A DNA stretch of 64,000 nt. It comes from Candidatus Latescibacterota bacterium (GTDB lineage: Bacteria; Latescibacterota; UBA2968; GCA-2709665). Made by a program: the position numbers and the translations under genes. Numbering within the stretch: the stretch's first letter is position 1; each line of letters opens with the position of its first letter. Location of the stretch: NCBI GenBank assembly GCA_965226795.1, contig CBDDDZ010000005.1, forward strand, positions 2,445,257-2,509,256. The letters run 5' to 3'. This document shows positions 41,750 to 51,718 of the stretch, piece by piece. The notes beneath the pieces are model-generated. The model saw only the letters and a list, made by a program, of their open reading frames with translations. It did no database searches and was not told where the DNA came from.

Positions 41750-42217
41750 ATGGAACTGAAAGTGAATATTCGGACCGCTCTGATAACCCAGGTCGACCTT
41801 TCGTATTACGTCGAGACCGAAAAAGGCACGCGAGCCGGAGATGTACTCGAAAAGATGAAGGCCAGTCATCGGAAATGCGCCCTGGTGATGGACCACGGCC
41901 GGCTGGTCGGCATCTTCACTGAGCGAGATATCATGAAAAAGATGGCAGGTAACCCGCAGAGCAGCGATGCGCCGATCGACAACCTGATGACGCCCAACCC
42001 TGAAACAATCGACGCGGACACGAACATCCTGGATGCCACCAGGGTGATCGCCTCGAACCGCTACCGGTACATGCCGGTTACCAATGAGACGGGCAAGGTC
42101 CTGGGTACATTGACCTATTATGCCATTATCAAATACATCTGCGACTATTTTCCGCAGGAAATTTACAACCAGCCGCCCGTGCCGGACGTGTTTGCCAAAG
42201 CCCGTGCCGGCGCTTAA
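41750..42217 (+). CDS. CBS-domain pair protein
   Basis: Two CBS motifs (LVGIFTERDIMKKM..., YRYMPVTNETGKVLGTLTYYAIIKY); 155 aa; immediately upstream of korA. Confidence 0.8.
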   Translation: MELKVNIRTALITQVDLSYYVETEKGTRAGDVLEKMKASHRKCALVMDHGRLVGIFTERDIMKKMAGNPQSSDAPIDNLMTPNPETIDADTNILDATRVIASNRYRYMPVTNETGKVLGTLTYYAIIKYICDYFPQEIYNQPPVPDVFAKARAGA

Positions 42218-42273
42218 CCGGTAAATACTTTTTCTCCAGAGCCGTAGCATAAAAAACCGGGAGGTTGATCCAG

Positions 42274-44148
42274 ATGGCCGAAACAGCCGTCGAAGAGATT
42301 GACGCAGAGGGTGATTTACTGGACGAATTGACCGAGGTCGAGTCCATTGCGGTCCGATTTGCCGGCGACTCCGGCGATGGCAGCCAGTTTATTGGCGGGG
42401 AATTTGCAAACACATCCGCCATAGTGGGCAACGACATCAGCACCATGCCGGACTTCCCCGCCGAAATCCGCGCTCCCGCAGGCACATTGCCGGGAATCAG
42501 CGGGTTCCAGGTCCGCATTTCCAGCGAAGACATTTTCACTCCCGGAGACGAGCCGCAGGTGCTTGTTGCCATGAACCCGGCCGCATTGAAGTCCAACCTC
42601 CCGGATCTGCCGCGCGGGGGAGTGGTCATCACCAATACGAATAGCTTTACACGAAACAACCTGCGCAAGGCCGGCTACCAGACCGACCCGCTGGAAGACG
42701 GATCGCTGCAGGATTATCGCGTTTGCAAGGTGCCTTTAACAGCCCTGCACAAGAGAGCTGTAGCCAACATTGATGGCCTGTCCAACCGGCAGATCGGTAT
42801 GATGAAAAACTGCTTCGCACTCGGCCTTGCCTATTGGATCTTCGACCGTCCGCTGGAACCAACGGTCCGCATGCTGGAAGAGAAATTCGCCAGCCGTCCC
42901 AATGTCGTCGAAGGCAACGTAACGACCTTGAAGGCCGGATACAACTACGGTGAAACGACCGAACAATTCCAGTTCAGGTACAAGGTGTCCAAGGCCGTGG
43001 TCGAACCCGGCACCTATCGGACCGTTACCGGCGCACAGGCCACGGCAATGGGTTTCGTCACCGCGGCCCATAAGGCCGGCAAGACCCTCTTTTACGGCAG
43101 CTACCCCATCACCCCCGCCAGTGCCCTGCTCGAAGCGTTGGCCGCCTTGAAGAACTTCGACGTGCGCACCTTTCAGGCCGAAGACGAAATTGCAGCCATC
43201 GGTTCCGTCATCGGCGCCGCATTCGGGGGCGCTTTTGCCGCAACCGGCACCAGCGGACCCGGCGTCGCACTCAAGAGCGAGGCCATCAACCTGGCCCTGG
43301 TCCTGGAATTGCCCCTGGTGATCGCCAACTTTCAACGGGGCGGGCCCAGCACGGGGCTTCCCACGAAAACGGAACAGTCCGACCTGCTCCAATGTATGTT
43401 CGGCCGTAACGGCGAAAGCCCGGTCCCCATTGTCGCGCCGGCCACATCCTCCGACTGCTTCTACCTGGGCATCGAGGCCTTTCGTATCGCGGTTGAAAGC
43501 ATGTCGCCGGTCTTCTTTCTTTCCGACGGCTATCTCAACAACAGTTCCGAACCCTGGAAATTGCCGAACCCGGACGACATTGACACCATCGTCGTCGAAC
43601 ATCGAACGGATCCAGAGAATTTCCAGCCATATATGAGGAATGCGCAGACCCTCGCACGTCCCTGGGCCCTCCCGGGCACACCCGGCCTGGAACACCGCAT
43701 CGGCGGGCTCGGTAAACAGGACGGCACCGGAAACGTGTCATACGATCCGAAAGACCATGAATACATGGTGAAGATCCGCGCCGAAAAGGTCGCGCGTATC
43801 GCCAATCGGATTCCGAAGCAGGATGTTTACGGCCCTCTCGCAGGCGACCTGCTTGTTATCGGCTGGGGCAGCACGTACGGCGCCATCAGGTCCGCGGTTC
43901 GCAAGGCGGTTTCCAACGGCCGATCTGTCGCCCACGCCCACGTGCGATATCTGAACCCGTTTCCGGCTAACCTGGGCAACCTGCTTCTGCGCTATCGCAA
44001 AATCCTGGTTCCCGAAATTAACGGTGGGCAGCTATCAATGTTGCTCAATGCCAAGTACCCTCTGCGTGTCATCAGCTATCCCAAAGTTCAGGGACAGCCC
44101 TTTAAGATTTCTGAAATCCTTAACAAAATCCACGAGTTGCTCGATTAG
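42274..44148 (+). CDS. korA: 2-oxoglutarate/2-oxoacid:ferredoxin oxidoreductase alpha subunit
   Basis: Fused PFOR domain III/I architecture of KorA/OorA, ~625 aa. Confidence 0.9.
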   Translation: MAETAVEEIDAEGDLLDELTEVESIAVRFAGDSGDGSQFIGGEFANTSAIVGNDISTMPDFPAEIRAPAGTLPGISGFQVRISSEDIFTPGDEPQVLVAMNPAALKSNLPDLPRGGVVITNTNSFTRNNLRKAGYQTDPLEDGSLQDYRVCKVPLTALHKRAVANIDGLSNRQIGMMKNCFALGLAYWIFDRPLEPTVRMLEEKFASRPNVVEGNVTTLKAGYNYGETTEQFQFRYKVSKAVVEPGTYRTVTGAQATAMGFVTAAHKAGKTLFYGSYPITPASALLEALAALKNFDVRTFQAEDEIAAIGSVIGAAFGGAFAATGTSGPGVALKSEAINLALVLELPLVIANFQRGGPSTGLPTKTEQSDLLQCMFGRNGESPVPIVAPATSSDCFYLGIEAFRIAVESMSPVFFLSDGYLNNSSEPWKLPNPDDIDTIVVEHRTDPENFQPYMRNAQTLARPWALPGTPGLEHRIGGLGKQDGTGNVSYDPKDHEYMVKIRAEKVARIANRIPKQDVYGPLAGDLLVIGWGSTYGAIRSAVRKAVSNGRSVAHAHVRYLNPFPANLGNLLLRYRKILVPEINGGQLSMLLNAKYPLRVISYPKVQGQPFKISEILNKIHELLD

Positions 44149-44176
44149 CCCTACGCCTGAATCGGGAGATACTTCC

Positions 44177-45736
44177 ATGGCCGAAGCCATATTGGAATCC
44201 CAACAATTGACCCGCAAAGACTTTGTATCGGACCAGGAAGTCCGCTGGTGTCCAGGCTGCGGGGACTACGCCATTCTGGCACAGATGCAAAGGGTGCTTC
44301 CCGAACTCGGCATTCCCAGGGAACAGATCGTCTTCATCTCCGGGATCGGTTGTTCCAGCCGTTTTCCGTATTATATGAACACCTATGGCGTGCACTCGAT
44401 CCACGGGCGTGCGCCAACCCTCGCCTCGGGCCTGAAGGTAGCCAACCCGGACCTGCATGTGTGGGTCATCACCGGTGACGGGGATGGGCTCTCCATCGGC
44501 GGCAACCATCTGCTGCATATTCTGCGCAGAAACGTGAACGTGAACATTATCCTCTTCAACAATCGCATCTATGGGCTCACCAAGGGGCAGTACTCCCCAA
44601 CGTCGTTGCCTGGACACAAGACCTACTCGTCGCCCATGGGCTCCATCGAACAGTCCTTCAATCCCATCTCCGTAGCCATCGGCGCCGAGGCCACCTTCGT
44701 CGCGCGTTCGGTAGACAGGAACACCAAGCACCTTGCCGAAATGCTCCGCCGGGCGGCCGCGCACAAGGGCACCTCGTTTGTCGAAATCTATCAGAACTGC
44801 AATATTTACAACGATGGCGCATGGTTCCACATCACCGAAGCGGACGTGAAAGACAACAATACGTTAATTGTCGAACACGGTCAGCCGATGATATTCGGCA
44901 AGGACCACGACAAAGGCATCCGGTTGAACGGTCTGTGTCCGGAAGTCGTGACGCTTGGCAATGGCACATCCGAAAACGCCCTGCTGGTACACGACGAAAC
45001 CGTGGATCCGCCCGCGCTGGCTTACATGTTGAGCCGCATGGAACATCCCGATTTTCCAGTTCCGTTGGGCGTTCTCCGCTGTGTGGAACGACCCGTTTAC
45101 GAAGATCAGATTCTCGCCCAAGGGCGTGAGGCCGTCGAACTGCTTGGGGACGCCGATTTGTCCACACTCTATCAGGCCGCGGATACATGGATTGTATCTG
45201 AAGAGGACAGCGTACCTACAGAACGGGACGTCGTCGAGGAGGAAATCAAGACAGATATCCCCGAAATCATACCGGGAATCGGCGACGAGGATCCGCTGGC
45301 GCCAAAGTCCGAATTCCAACATCTCGTTATCGATCCGATTTCGACCGTAAAACTCCATATCCCGGAATTCATCGCGCCGGGAGCCTCAATGCTGGAAGCC
45401 ATGGCGCTGATGGAGGAGAAAGACGCCGGCTGTCTACTGGTTTCCGAAGACGGCGCCACCCTTAAGGGCATTCTGGCCGAAGGCGACTTTTTTGTAAAAG
45501 TCGTGGGTAACAACATAGATCTGGCTTCTACGCCCGTCGAAGATGTGATGACACCCAATCCCATAACCATGAGGTTGTCAGACCCGATCGGATACGCATT
45601 GCATCTGATGGACCTGCACGGCTACCGACATATCCCGGTTGTCGACCACGCCGGACGGGCCGTGAAGGTGGTTTCGTTCCGGGCGGCTCTGGAGTTCTTC
45701 ACTCAACTCTACGACAACGGCACATCCGGAAACTGA
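44177..45736 (+). CDS. korB: 2-oxoacid:ferredoxin oxidoreductase beta subunit with C-terminal CBS-domain pair fusion
   Basis: TPP-binding KorB core (WCPGCGDYAIL...GDGD.LSIGGNH...) followed by a ~130-aa CBS pair (APGASMLEAMALMEEKDAGCLLVSEDGATLKGILAEGDF..., GYRHIPVVDHAGRAVKVVSFRAALE). Confidence 0.9.
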   Translation: MAEAILESQQLTRKDFVSDQEVRWCPGCGDYAILAQMQRVLPELGIPREQIVFISGIGCSSRFPYYMNTYGVHSIHGRAPTLASGLKVANPDLHVWVITGDGDGLSIGGNHLLHILRRNVNVNIILFNNRIYGLTKGQYSPTSLPGHKTYSSPMGSIEQSFNPISVAIGAEATFVARSVDRNTKHLAEMLRRAAAHKGTSFVEIYQNCNIYNDGAWFHITEADVKDNNTLIVEHGQPMIFGKDHDKGIRLNGLCPEVVTLGNGTSENALLVHDETVDPPALAYMLSRMEHPDFPVPLGVLRCVERPVYEDQILAQGREAVELLGDADLSTLYQAADTWIVSEEDSVPTERDVVEEEIKTDIPEIIPGIGDEDPLAPKSEFQHLVIDPISTVKLHIPEFIAPGASMLEAMALMEEKDAGCLLVSEDGATLKGILAEGDFFVKVVGNNIDLASTPVEDVMTPNPITMRLSDPIGYALHLMDLHGYRHIPVVDHAGRAVKVVSFRAALEFFTQLYDNGTSGN

Positions 45737-45749
45737 TTCAAACCGAGCG

Positions 45750-45790
45750 AAAAAAAGCCCCGGACGTACATGTCCGGGGCTTTTTTTTAT
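45750..45790. terminator. Bidirectional rho-independent terminator
   Basis: aaaaaaa-GCCCCGGAC-gtacat-GTCCGGGGC-tttttttt between convergent korB (+) and the DUF309 gene (-). Confidence 0.8.
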
Positions 45791-45830
45791 TGGAATGGGA
45801 CTCGGTTGACCGGCAGAACCACGAATATGT

Positions 45831-46340
45831 CTATCGATTGGCCGCACACAGTCCGCCGACACCCCTTGCGCGTCCCTCAGCCCTCGGCGGCCGCACGAAT
45901 ATCACCTCCGCCACCAGATCCTGTGGAAATTCATCCATCCTTTCCGGCCCCAGCCGCTCCACCTCCGCCAGCCCATGCTCGATTTTCTGTTTGAGGACGC
46001 CTACATCCACACCCAGAAACCGGCGGGGAAACTGTTTCAGCTTGAAATATGAGTTGTTGTAGTGCTTTACCGTCCCGTGATAGATCCCTCGTTGAAGTTG
46101 ATGATACGCCGCGGCGAGTTGGATCAGGCCCTGAAAGAATATCCGGCTCGGCTCGGTATGTCGCCGCCACACCTGCTCCCAGGCCTCGTGGCTCTCCCAG
46201 TGCTCCCGGCTGTTGAAGAGCCTCACGCCTTTCTCAAAGTCCATCCAATCCTCGACCGACATCGCTGGCTCTACAACATCCGCCGTGCTGATGCGGTAAG
46301 CCCGCTTCATCCGCGCCGATTTCAGGTCGGGTTTTCCCAC
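45831..46340 (-). CDS. DUF309-domain protein
   Basis: HWESHEAWEQVWRRH...IFFQGLIQLAAAYHQLQRG matches the DUF309 helical motif. Confidence 0.7.
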   Translation of the reverse strand: MGKPDLKSARMKRAYRISTADVVEPAMSVEDWMDFEKGVRLFNSREHWESHEAWEQVWRRHTEPSRIFFQGLIQLAAAYHQLQRGIYHGTVKHYNNSYFKLKQFPRRFLGVDVGVLKQKIEHGLAEVERLGPERMDEFPQDLVAEVIFVRPPRAEGRARGVGGLCAANR

Positions 46341-46343
46341 GCG

Positions 46344-47081
46344 CTATCCTCCGGCGTGAACTTCAAGCATCGACTCCAGCGCGACAAGATGCGCACGAAC
46401 TCGCACGTCCATCGCCATCGCCGACGGCGTCTCAGACGTAATCAGACGATCCGTATATGCAAGCTTGAAAAGCGCAATCGGCACGCCTCCGCCAAGACGC
46501 CGCTTTTCCACCTGCAGGTCCGGAAATATCACGCCGTTTACCGCAGTTTCACCCTCGATCTCCGATTGTGTATTCAGCGGACAGACCCCGGACACCTGCT
46601 GAGCAATCGGAGGTCCCGCGGGCGTCAATCCGCGAACCTGCTCGTAAAGATAGTACCCCGGGCTCTCCCAATCTTCATGCAGATCCATTATGGCTGCAAA
46701 CTTTCTCCCGCGAATAAACCGCTTGATAACGTCGATCTCCGGCACGTCGTTCCGCAAAAACGCCCAGTTGATGTCCACTTCCCGGGCGTTCAACCGGGTG
46801 TTACGGGCGTAACCGTATGGATTCAGGCAGGGTATTACGTGGAATTGGAACCGATCCAGCCACTTCTCCGGCGGCGCCTCGAGGAATGCCAGCGCCCCTT
46901 CCGTCCCGGCCGGTTCGTCGCCATGTGTTCCGCCGTTGATGTATATCGCCGGTAGCGACGGATCAGCGCAAAGGGATGCACAATAAACAGGATACCCGCT
47001 TATCCGCTCCAGCACGTCGACACAGGCACCCCGGCGCGTAAGCGCCTCGGTGCGTTTAACCACCTCATTGTAGTCGCGCAT
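46344..47081 (-). CDS. M14/AstE-AspA superfamily zinc carboxypeptidase-like protein
   Basis: INGGTHGDEPAG zinc-binding HxxE motif and downstream His; 245 aa. Confidence 0.7.
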   Translation of the reverse strand: MRDYNEVVKRTEALTRRGACVDVLERISGYPVYCASLCADPSLPAIYINGGTHGDEPAGTEGALAFLEAPPEKWLDRFQFHVIPCLNPYGYARNTRLNAREVDINWAFLRNDVPEIDVIKRFIRGRKFAAIMDLHEDWESPGYYLYEQVRGLTPAGPPIAQQVSGVCPLNTQSEIEGETAVNGVIFPDLQVEKRRLGGGVPIALFKLAYTDRLITSETPSAMAMDVRVRAHLVALESMLEVHAGG

Positions 47082-47183
47082 GAAGACTTATCCTGTGCCC
47101 TGTTTCCCCTTCGCGCCTGCCCTATTTCATATTTTTTCCGAAAACTCCGGCTGTATTGCCTGCCAGCCGAACCATTGCGCGAC

Positions 47184-48503
47184 TCAAGCAAACATCTCCT
47201 TACCGAGTGTAATGCCGTGCGCTACTACCGGGTCTTCGGTTCGTCCGCCTCGCGCCAACCGGCGGGATAACTCCGAGGCCAGCATTTCACCCATTTCCCG
47301 TGTTATCTCCGGCATCTCCCGCGCCAGGTTGTGCCGCTCTCCGGGATCGCCGTTCAAGTCATACAGTTCCCGCATAGGATTACCGTAAAAATCCGGCTCC
47401 CGGGCGACAATCAGCTTCCATCCCCCTTCACAAACAGCCCATTTGGCCATCCACGTACACTCCTGTGTGAGCAGCAGTTCCCCGTCCCCCTTGTCCGGCT
47501 CCCCGCGAATGAAGGGAAGCATCGAACGCCCATCCATCTTGTGAGGGACCGGCAGACCGGCGCCCTCGAGAACAGTCGGCGCCAGATCCGTGTGTTGAAC
47601 CAGTGACCGGACGCGGGTTCCATTGAAGTCGACGCCCGGCCAGCGCACAATTAACGGCACGTGGATGTCACTCTCGTACAATCCATGGTGATCGAAGTAG
47701 ATGCCATGCTCACCCAATTCCTCACCGTGGTCGCCAAAAATGAACACCGCTGTCTCTTCCGCGATACCCAACTCATCAAGCACCCCCAGCAACTCCTGAA
47801 TTCCATCGTCCACGCACCTCACTTCGGCATCGTATTGACTGCGCACAAATTCGATATCGGTTATCTGTGCGCCTGCTGCATCCGGCCACTCGGACGCCAT
47901 CTGCCCGAGCCATCCGGACGTCCACCACTTTCTAAGGGGCCGCCGGTAAAAGCCGTCCAGGCTGCCCCTGTTTTCAACCGTCGGGTCGCCGGAATAAAAG
48001 AGGTCTCTATACCGGCGGGGAGGCATATAGGGCGTGTGGGGATCCCAATAATGCACGAAGAGAAAAAACGGCTCGCGGCCGCGGGCTTTCAGCCACTCGA
48101 TGGCAAGTTCGTTAAACCGAAAACAATCGGGATACGTTCCCGACTCCCGCGGATTCAGACAGACATCGAATCCTCTGGAAAACCAGGGTTTGTGATGCAC
48201 TGCCAGATTGTCCACCGCCGCGGTGGCGTACCCGGCCCGTTGCAGAAATTCCGGCAGGAACGGCGCGTTCCCTCCTAAAGACCAGCGGCCCCGGTGCGCC
48301 ACAATCCCATGCGAGGTCGGCCACTGTCCGGTGAACATGGTCGTAAACGAGGGCTGCGTTGGAATCGAAGGCGCATAACAGTTCTCGAACACCGCCGAGT
48401 GCCCTGCAAAGGTATCGATAAACGGGGTGGTTGGCCGGGCGTACCCATAGCATCCGAGGCGATCGGCCCGCAGGCTGTCGACGGCAATCATCAAGAATTT
48501 CAT
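47184..48503 (-). CDS. Sulfatase-like hydrolase/transferase (alkaline phosphatase superfamily) with Thr at the formylglycine position
   Basis: N-terminal LMIAVDSLRADRLGCYG sulfatase-type metal-binding region; the CxPxR position reads T-Q-P-S-F (Cys to Thr, Arg to Phe); no signal peptide. Confidence 0.8.
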   Translation of the reverse strand: MKFLMIAVDSLRADRLGCYGYARPTTPFIDTFAGHSAVFENCYAPSIPTQPSFTTMFTGQWPTSHGIVAHRGRWSLGGNAPFLPEFLQRAGYATAAVDNLAVHHKPWFSRGFDVCLNPRESGTYPDCFRFNELAIEWLKARGREPFFLFVHYWDPHTPYMPPRRYRDLFYSGDPTVENRGSLDGFYRRPLRKWWTSGWLGQMASEWPDAAGAQITDIEFVRSQYDAEVRCVDDGIQELLGVLDELGIAEETAVFIFGDHGEELGEHGIYFDHHGLYESDIHVPLIVRWPGVDFNGTRVRSLVQHTDLAPTVLEGAGLPVPHKMDGRSMLPFIRGEPDKGDGELLLTQECTWMAKWAVCEGGWKLIVAREPDFYGNPMRELYDLNGDPGERHNLAREMPEITREMGEMLASELSRRLARGGRTEDPVVAHGITLGKEMFA

Positions 48504-48546
48504 CCGCACACCTTCACTATGCATCCACACGGCCGGTGTCGCCAAC

Positions 48547-49440
48547 TCATTCCGCCGCGGTTTCTCCCGCCCGATCCACCCAATCCTCGAATTTCAACCC
48601 TTCGGACAGACGCCAGGCCGTGAAGTAAAGCGATGCCGTAAACTTCGCCGCCTCCCGCGCACGTTCCAAACCAAAGGCCGCCACACCGGGAACCGGGGTC
48701 CACGCGCCGTCACCCGCCGACGGCAGTCGATCCTCCAGGCCGTACACGGCATCGATTAAAGACCTGCTGTTCTCGATCTGCGCAACAATACCAGCCATCA
48801 GGCTATCCAACACCACCGGCTTCTGTCCCCGAGCCAGGTCGCCGGGTGTCGGGTTAAGCCTGCGGATCAGGTCGTCCACTCTGGCATGTATGCCGGTCGG
48901 TTGCAAGGAGCCATCCGGGCCGGGCCGACCGTCATAGTACATCGTTACATGCAGCGGCTGGCACAGATCCTGGGCGTAATGCGCAATAAAACCCGCATAC
49001 ATCAGACACTTCGCCCTGATGAAGGGATTGTCCGGCCAGCGCCGGTGCTCTGCGAATGCCACCGCCAGCCTCTGCGTCCATTCAGCTACCGAAAAAGGGA
49101 GAAAACCCACCTTGTCCGGCGCGATGCCCTGGCTTGCGCATAACTTCATAAACCCGTTCCGATCGCCCGGAAGCGACGGGTCCTTCAACCGTTCCGGATT
49201 GAAATAGTGCTCCGGACCCTCCGCATGGCGCACAATCGGCGTGCCGCGATTCCTCGCCAGGTCGGGGTCCCACGCGTAGTGCGCGATAGCGTCTCTGCCA
49301 GCCCGAAAGAAGCCCGGCATCTGCTCCGGCAGCGAGGCTACGGCCGCTTTGCTGACAATACTGTGCCCGCGGACCCACCAGCCACGGGCCTCGCCGTTTT
49401 GTAAAACGACCAGCATCAGGACACCAAGCCATCTTGCCAT
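48547..49440 (-). CDS. S1/P1 nuclease family protein, secreted
   Basis: Signal peptide then W-W-x-x-G-H N-terminus and HYAQDLCQPLH zinc-ligand motif typical of S1/P1 nucleases. Confidence 0.75.
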   Translation of the reverse strand: MARWLGVLMLVVLQNGEARGWWVRGHSIVSKAAVASLPEQMPGFFRAGRDAIAHYAWDPDLARNRGTPIVRHAEGPEHYFNPERLKDPSLPGDRNGFMKLCASQGIAPDKVGFLPFSVAEWTQRLAVAFAEHRRWPDNPFIRAKCLMYAGFIAHYAQDLCQPLHVTMYYDGRPGPDGSLQPTGIHARVDDLIRRLNPTPGDLARGQKPVVLDSLMAGIVAQIENSRSLIDAVYGLEDRLPSAGDGAWTPVPGVAAFGLERAREAAKFTASLYFTAWRLSEGLKFEDWVDRAGETAAE

Positions 49441-49554
49441 ATAGAACCCCTTGTAGCTGCATCAACTCTTTGCAGGCTGTCGGGAACACGCCTATTCGGA
49501 ATTCCGGATCCGAAGTTACATCGGAGCGTCTTTTTTGTCAACGACTCGTTAACA

Positions 49555-49586
49555 GAAGCGGAGGCCCCGTGTGAGACCTCCGCTTC
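49555..49586 (-). terminator. Perfect 10-bp hairpin immediately 3' of tRNA-Sec
   Basis: gaagcggagg-N12-cctccgcttc; on the minus strand it follows the tRNA CCA end by 6 nt, then UUCUGUU. Confidence 0.4.
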
Positions 49587-49592
49587 CGATAA

Positions 49593-49690
49593 TGGCGGGA
49601 ATGTGTGGGAATCGAACCCACCCAGCGCGTGATTAGCACGCCGCAACGGGTTTGAAGCCCGCGAGGGCCACCAGTGCCCCATCCACTCCC
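49593..49690 (-). tRNA. selC: tRNA-Sec (selC), anticodon UCA, 98 nt with encoded CCA
   Basis: Reverse complement GGGAGTGGAT GGGGCACTGG TGGCCCTCGC GGGCTTCAAA CCCGTTGCGG CGTGCTAATC ACGCGCTGGG TGGGTTCGAT TCCCACACAT TCCCGCCA. Anticodon loop CUUCAAA (UCA), long variable arm (GCG-G-CGTG/CACGCGC), T-arm GTGGG-TTCGATT-CCCAC, 8-nt acceptor with one mismatch. Located 129 nt downstream of selB. Confidence 0.75.
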
Positions 49691-49819
49691 GCACAAAGTG
49701 CAGGCTGCCGGCGATCATGGCATCCTGTCTGATGTACGGCAGAGACATCTACAGCGACCGAAATCCTGCCGGAATCCAAAATGCGGCAAGCGATTCGATT
49801 CCTGAATCGACCCACGCAT

Positions 49820-51718
49820 CTATCCGGCAAGCACCCTGACGTCCCCCTTCCTCATTGTGACGCCCTTATTGTCGAAATAGTTCAACAACGGAACGGCATA
49901 TTTGCGCGTAGTGCCGACCAGATCGCGGAAGGCCGAAACACTCATTTCTCGGTTTCGCTGCAGATAACCCACGAGCCCCTGCTCAATCTCCTCCAGCGTG
50001 CGTGGAGGAAACATCAGGTTCTCGTCGAGCCTCACAATCTCCCCCATGGACTGCATGGCGGCTGCGACAGCCTGAACTTCGGCAGATTTTTCCGCCAAGT
50101 GTGTGCCAATTTCATTCAAATCGGGAGGCGCCGCCCGGCCTGCCTGCAGATGCACCAGAATTTTCTCTCTGATCCGGTCCTGTTCCCCTGAAAACTGGAT
50201 CCGATGATCGGCCATACGCAACAGAGGACCCGCGGGCATCAACACCTTCTGCGAGAGCAGACAGTCGATTGCATACTCAAATAGACCAGCCGGCGGCTTT
50301 CCGACCACCTGCAGGCGAAGTTCGCTGTGTGAAACCCCCGCCTTGAGGGGGTTGGCCCGATGGTAGGTCGACAACGCGTCCTTTATAAGCTGCAGTAGCG
50401 ACTGCCACGAGTCCGTATGGACGTAGTTGGCCTCTCCCGCGTGGCGAAAGCCGAATGCCTCTCCATCCGCCAGCAGACCCTTCAGCCGATCGTTTGTCTC
50501 GGACAGAGACAGGCCCAACGCCGCCGAAAGGTCTCTGGCAGAAAGGGCGCGAAATCCCGCCGCCTTCAGCCGAAGGCTCAATACCCGGGTCGGATCCTCG
50601 ACCTCGAACCCACGCAGCCTTTCCAGTGTTTCCTCTCGGAAACGGCGATGCTTCACCGGCTGTACATCCAGCACCACCCCGCCCCCCAGCGTCTGTACGG
50701 GAGAATAACGTCGGATCACATAACGGTCTCCCCGGGCGGCCACCCCGCGCACCTCAAGGCGGAACTGCACCAACTGAGACTCCCCGGGCCGCAACTCGTC
50801 GGCCTCCAGAAGAATCACACGCGCCAGCACTTCTCGAGGACCGAGGTGCAGATGCACACGCGCCCGGTTCTTAAGCGACACCGGCGCATCCTTCAGCAAC
50901 CATAAACGGGCGTCAAGCATATAGGTGGAACTGAAATAGCCCTGCTGCGCCAGAAGATCGCCCCGAGTGACCTGATCCACTTCCGCGTCGGCCAGATTGA
51001 TCGCCGCTCGATGACCGACGTAGGCCGCATCCACGTCCCTGCCATGCACCTGCACGCCGCGCACCCGTACAGCCCGGTCCGCGGGCTGAAGCATCACCAC
51101 GTCCTTCACCCGAACCTGGCCGGACAGTACGGTGCCGGTCACGACCGTACCGAATCCCCGGATCGTGAACACCCGATCCACGGGCAGACGGAACACACCG
51201 CCATCCGGACGCGCCTCCACCTTCTCGATTTCCTCTTCCAGCAATGTGCGGAGCGTCTGAATCCCCTCGCCGGTCACTGCAGACACCGGCACGATCGGCG
51301 CGCCATCCAAAAACGTGCCTTCAAAAAGATCGCGTAAATCCTCCGCCACCAGGTCCGTCCAATCCGGCTCCACCAGGTCCACCTTATTCAGCGCCACAAC
51401 GCCCCGCCGCACACCCAGAAGACTCAGAATACCCAGATGCTCACGTGTCTGGGGCATGGCCCCGTCATCCGCCGCGACCACAAACAACGCGAGATCCACC
51501 GTGCACACGCCCGTCACCATATTCTTCACAAACCGTTCGTGACCGGGCACGTCGATTATTGTGACATGGTCCTTCCAGTATGCAAATCCGATATCGATCG
51601 TCACCCCCCGGTCCTTCTCCTGCGGGAGCGTATCCGTATCGATACCCGTCAGCGCCTTGATCAGTGCGGTCTTGCCATGATCGATATGACCGGCCGTACC
51701 GATGATCACGTGTGACAT
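49820..51718 (-). CDS. selB: Selenocysteine-specific translation elongation factor
   Basis: [26 protein letters not shown]-domain, [12 protein letters not shown]; 632 aa with C-terminal winged-helix extension; start overlaps selA stop by 13 nt. Confidence 0.92.
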   Translation of the reverse strand: MSHVIIGTAGHIDHGKTALIKALTGIDTDTLPQEKDRGVTIDIGFAYWKDHVTIIDVPGHERFVKNMVTGVCTVDLALFVVAADDGAMPQTREHLGILSLLGVRRGVVALNKVDLVEPDWTDLVAEDLRDLFEGTFLDGAPIVPVSAVTGEGIQTLRTLLEEEIEKVEARPDGGVFRLPVDRVFTIRGFGTVVTGTVLSGQVRVKDVVMLQPADRAVRVRGVQVHGRDVDAAYVGHRAAINLADAEVDQVTRGDLLAQQGYFSSTYMLDARLWLLKDAPVSLKNRARVHLHLGPREVLARVILLEADELRPGESQLVQFRLEVRGVAARGDRYVIRRYSPVQTLGGGVVLDVQPVKHRRFREETLERLRGFEVEDPTRVLSLRLKAAGFRALSARDLSAALGLSLSETNDRLKGLLADGEAFGFRHAGEANYVHTDSWQSLLQLIKDALSTYHRANPLKAGVSHSELRLQVVGKPPAGLFEYAIDCLLSQKVLMPAGPLLRMADHRIQFSGEQDRIREKILVHLQAGRAAPPDLNEIGTHLAEKSAEVQAVAAAMQSMGEIVRLDENLMFPPRTLEEIEQGLVGYLQRNREMSVSAFRDLVGTTRKYAVPLLNYFDNKGVTMRKGDVRVLAG

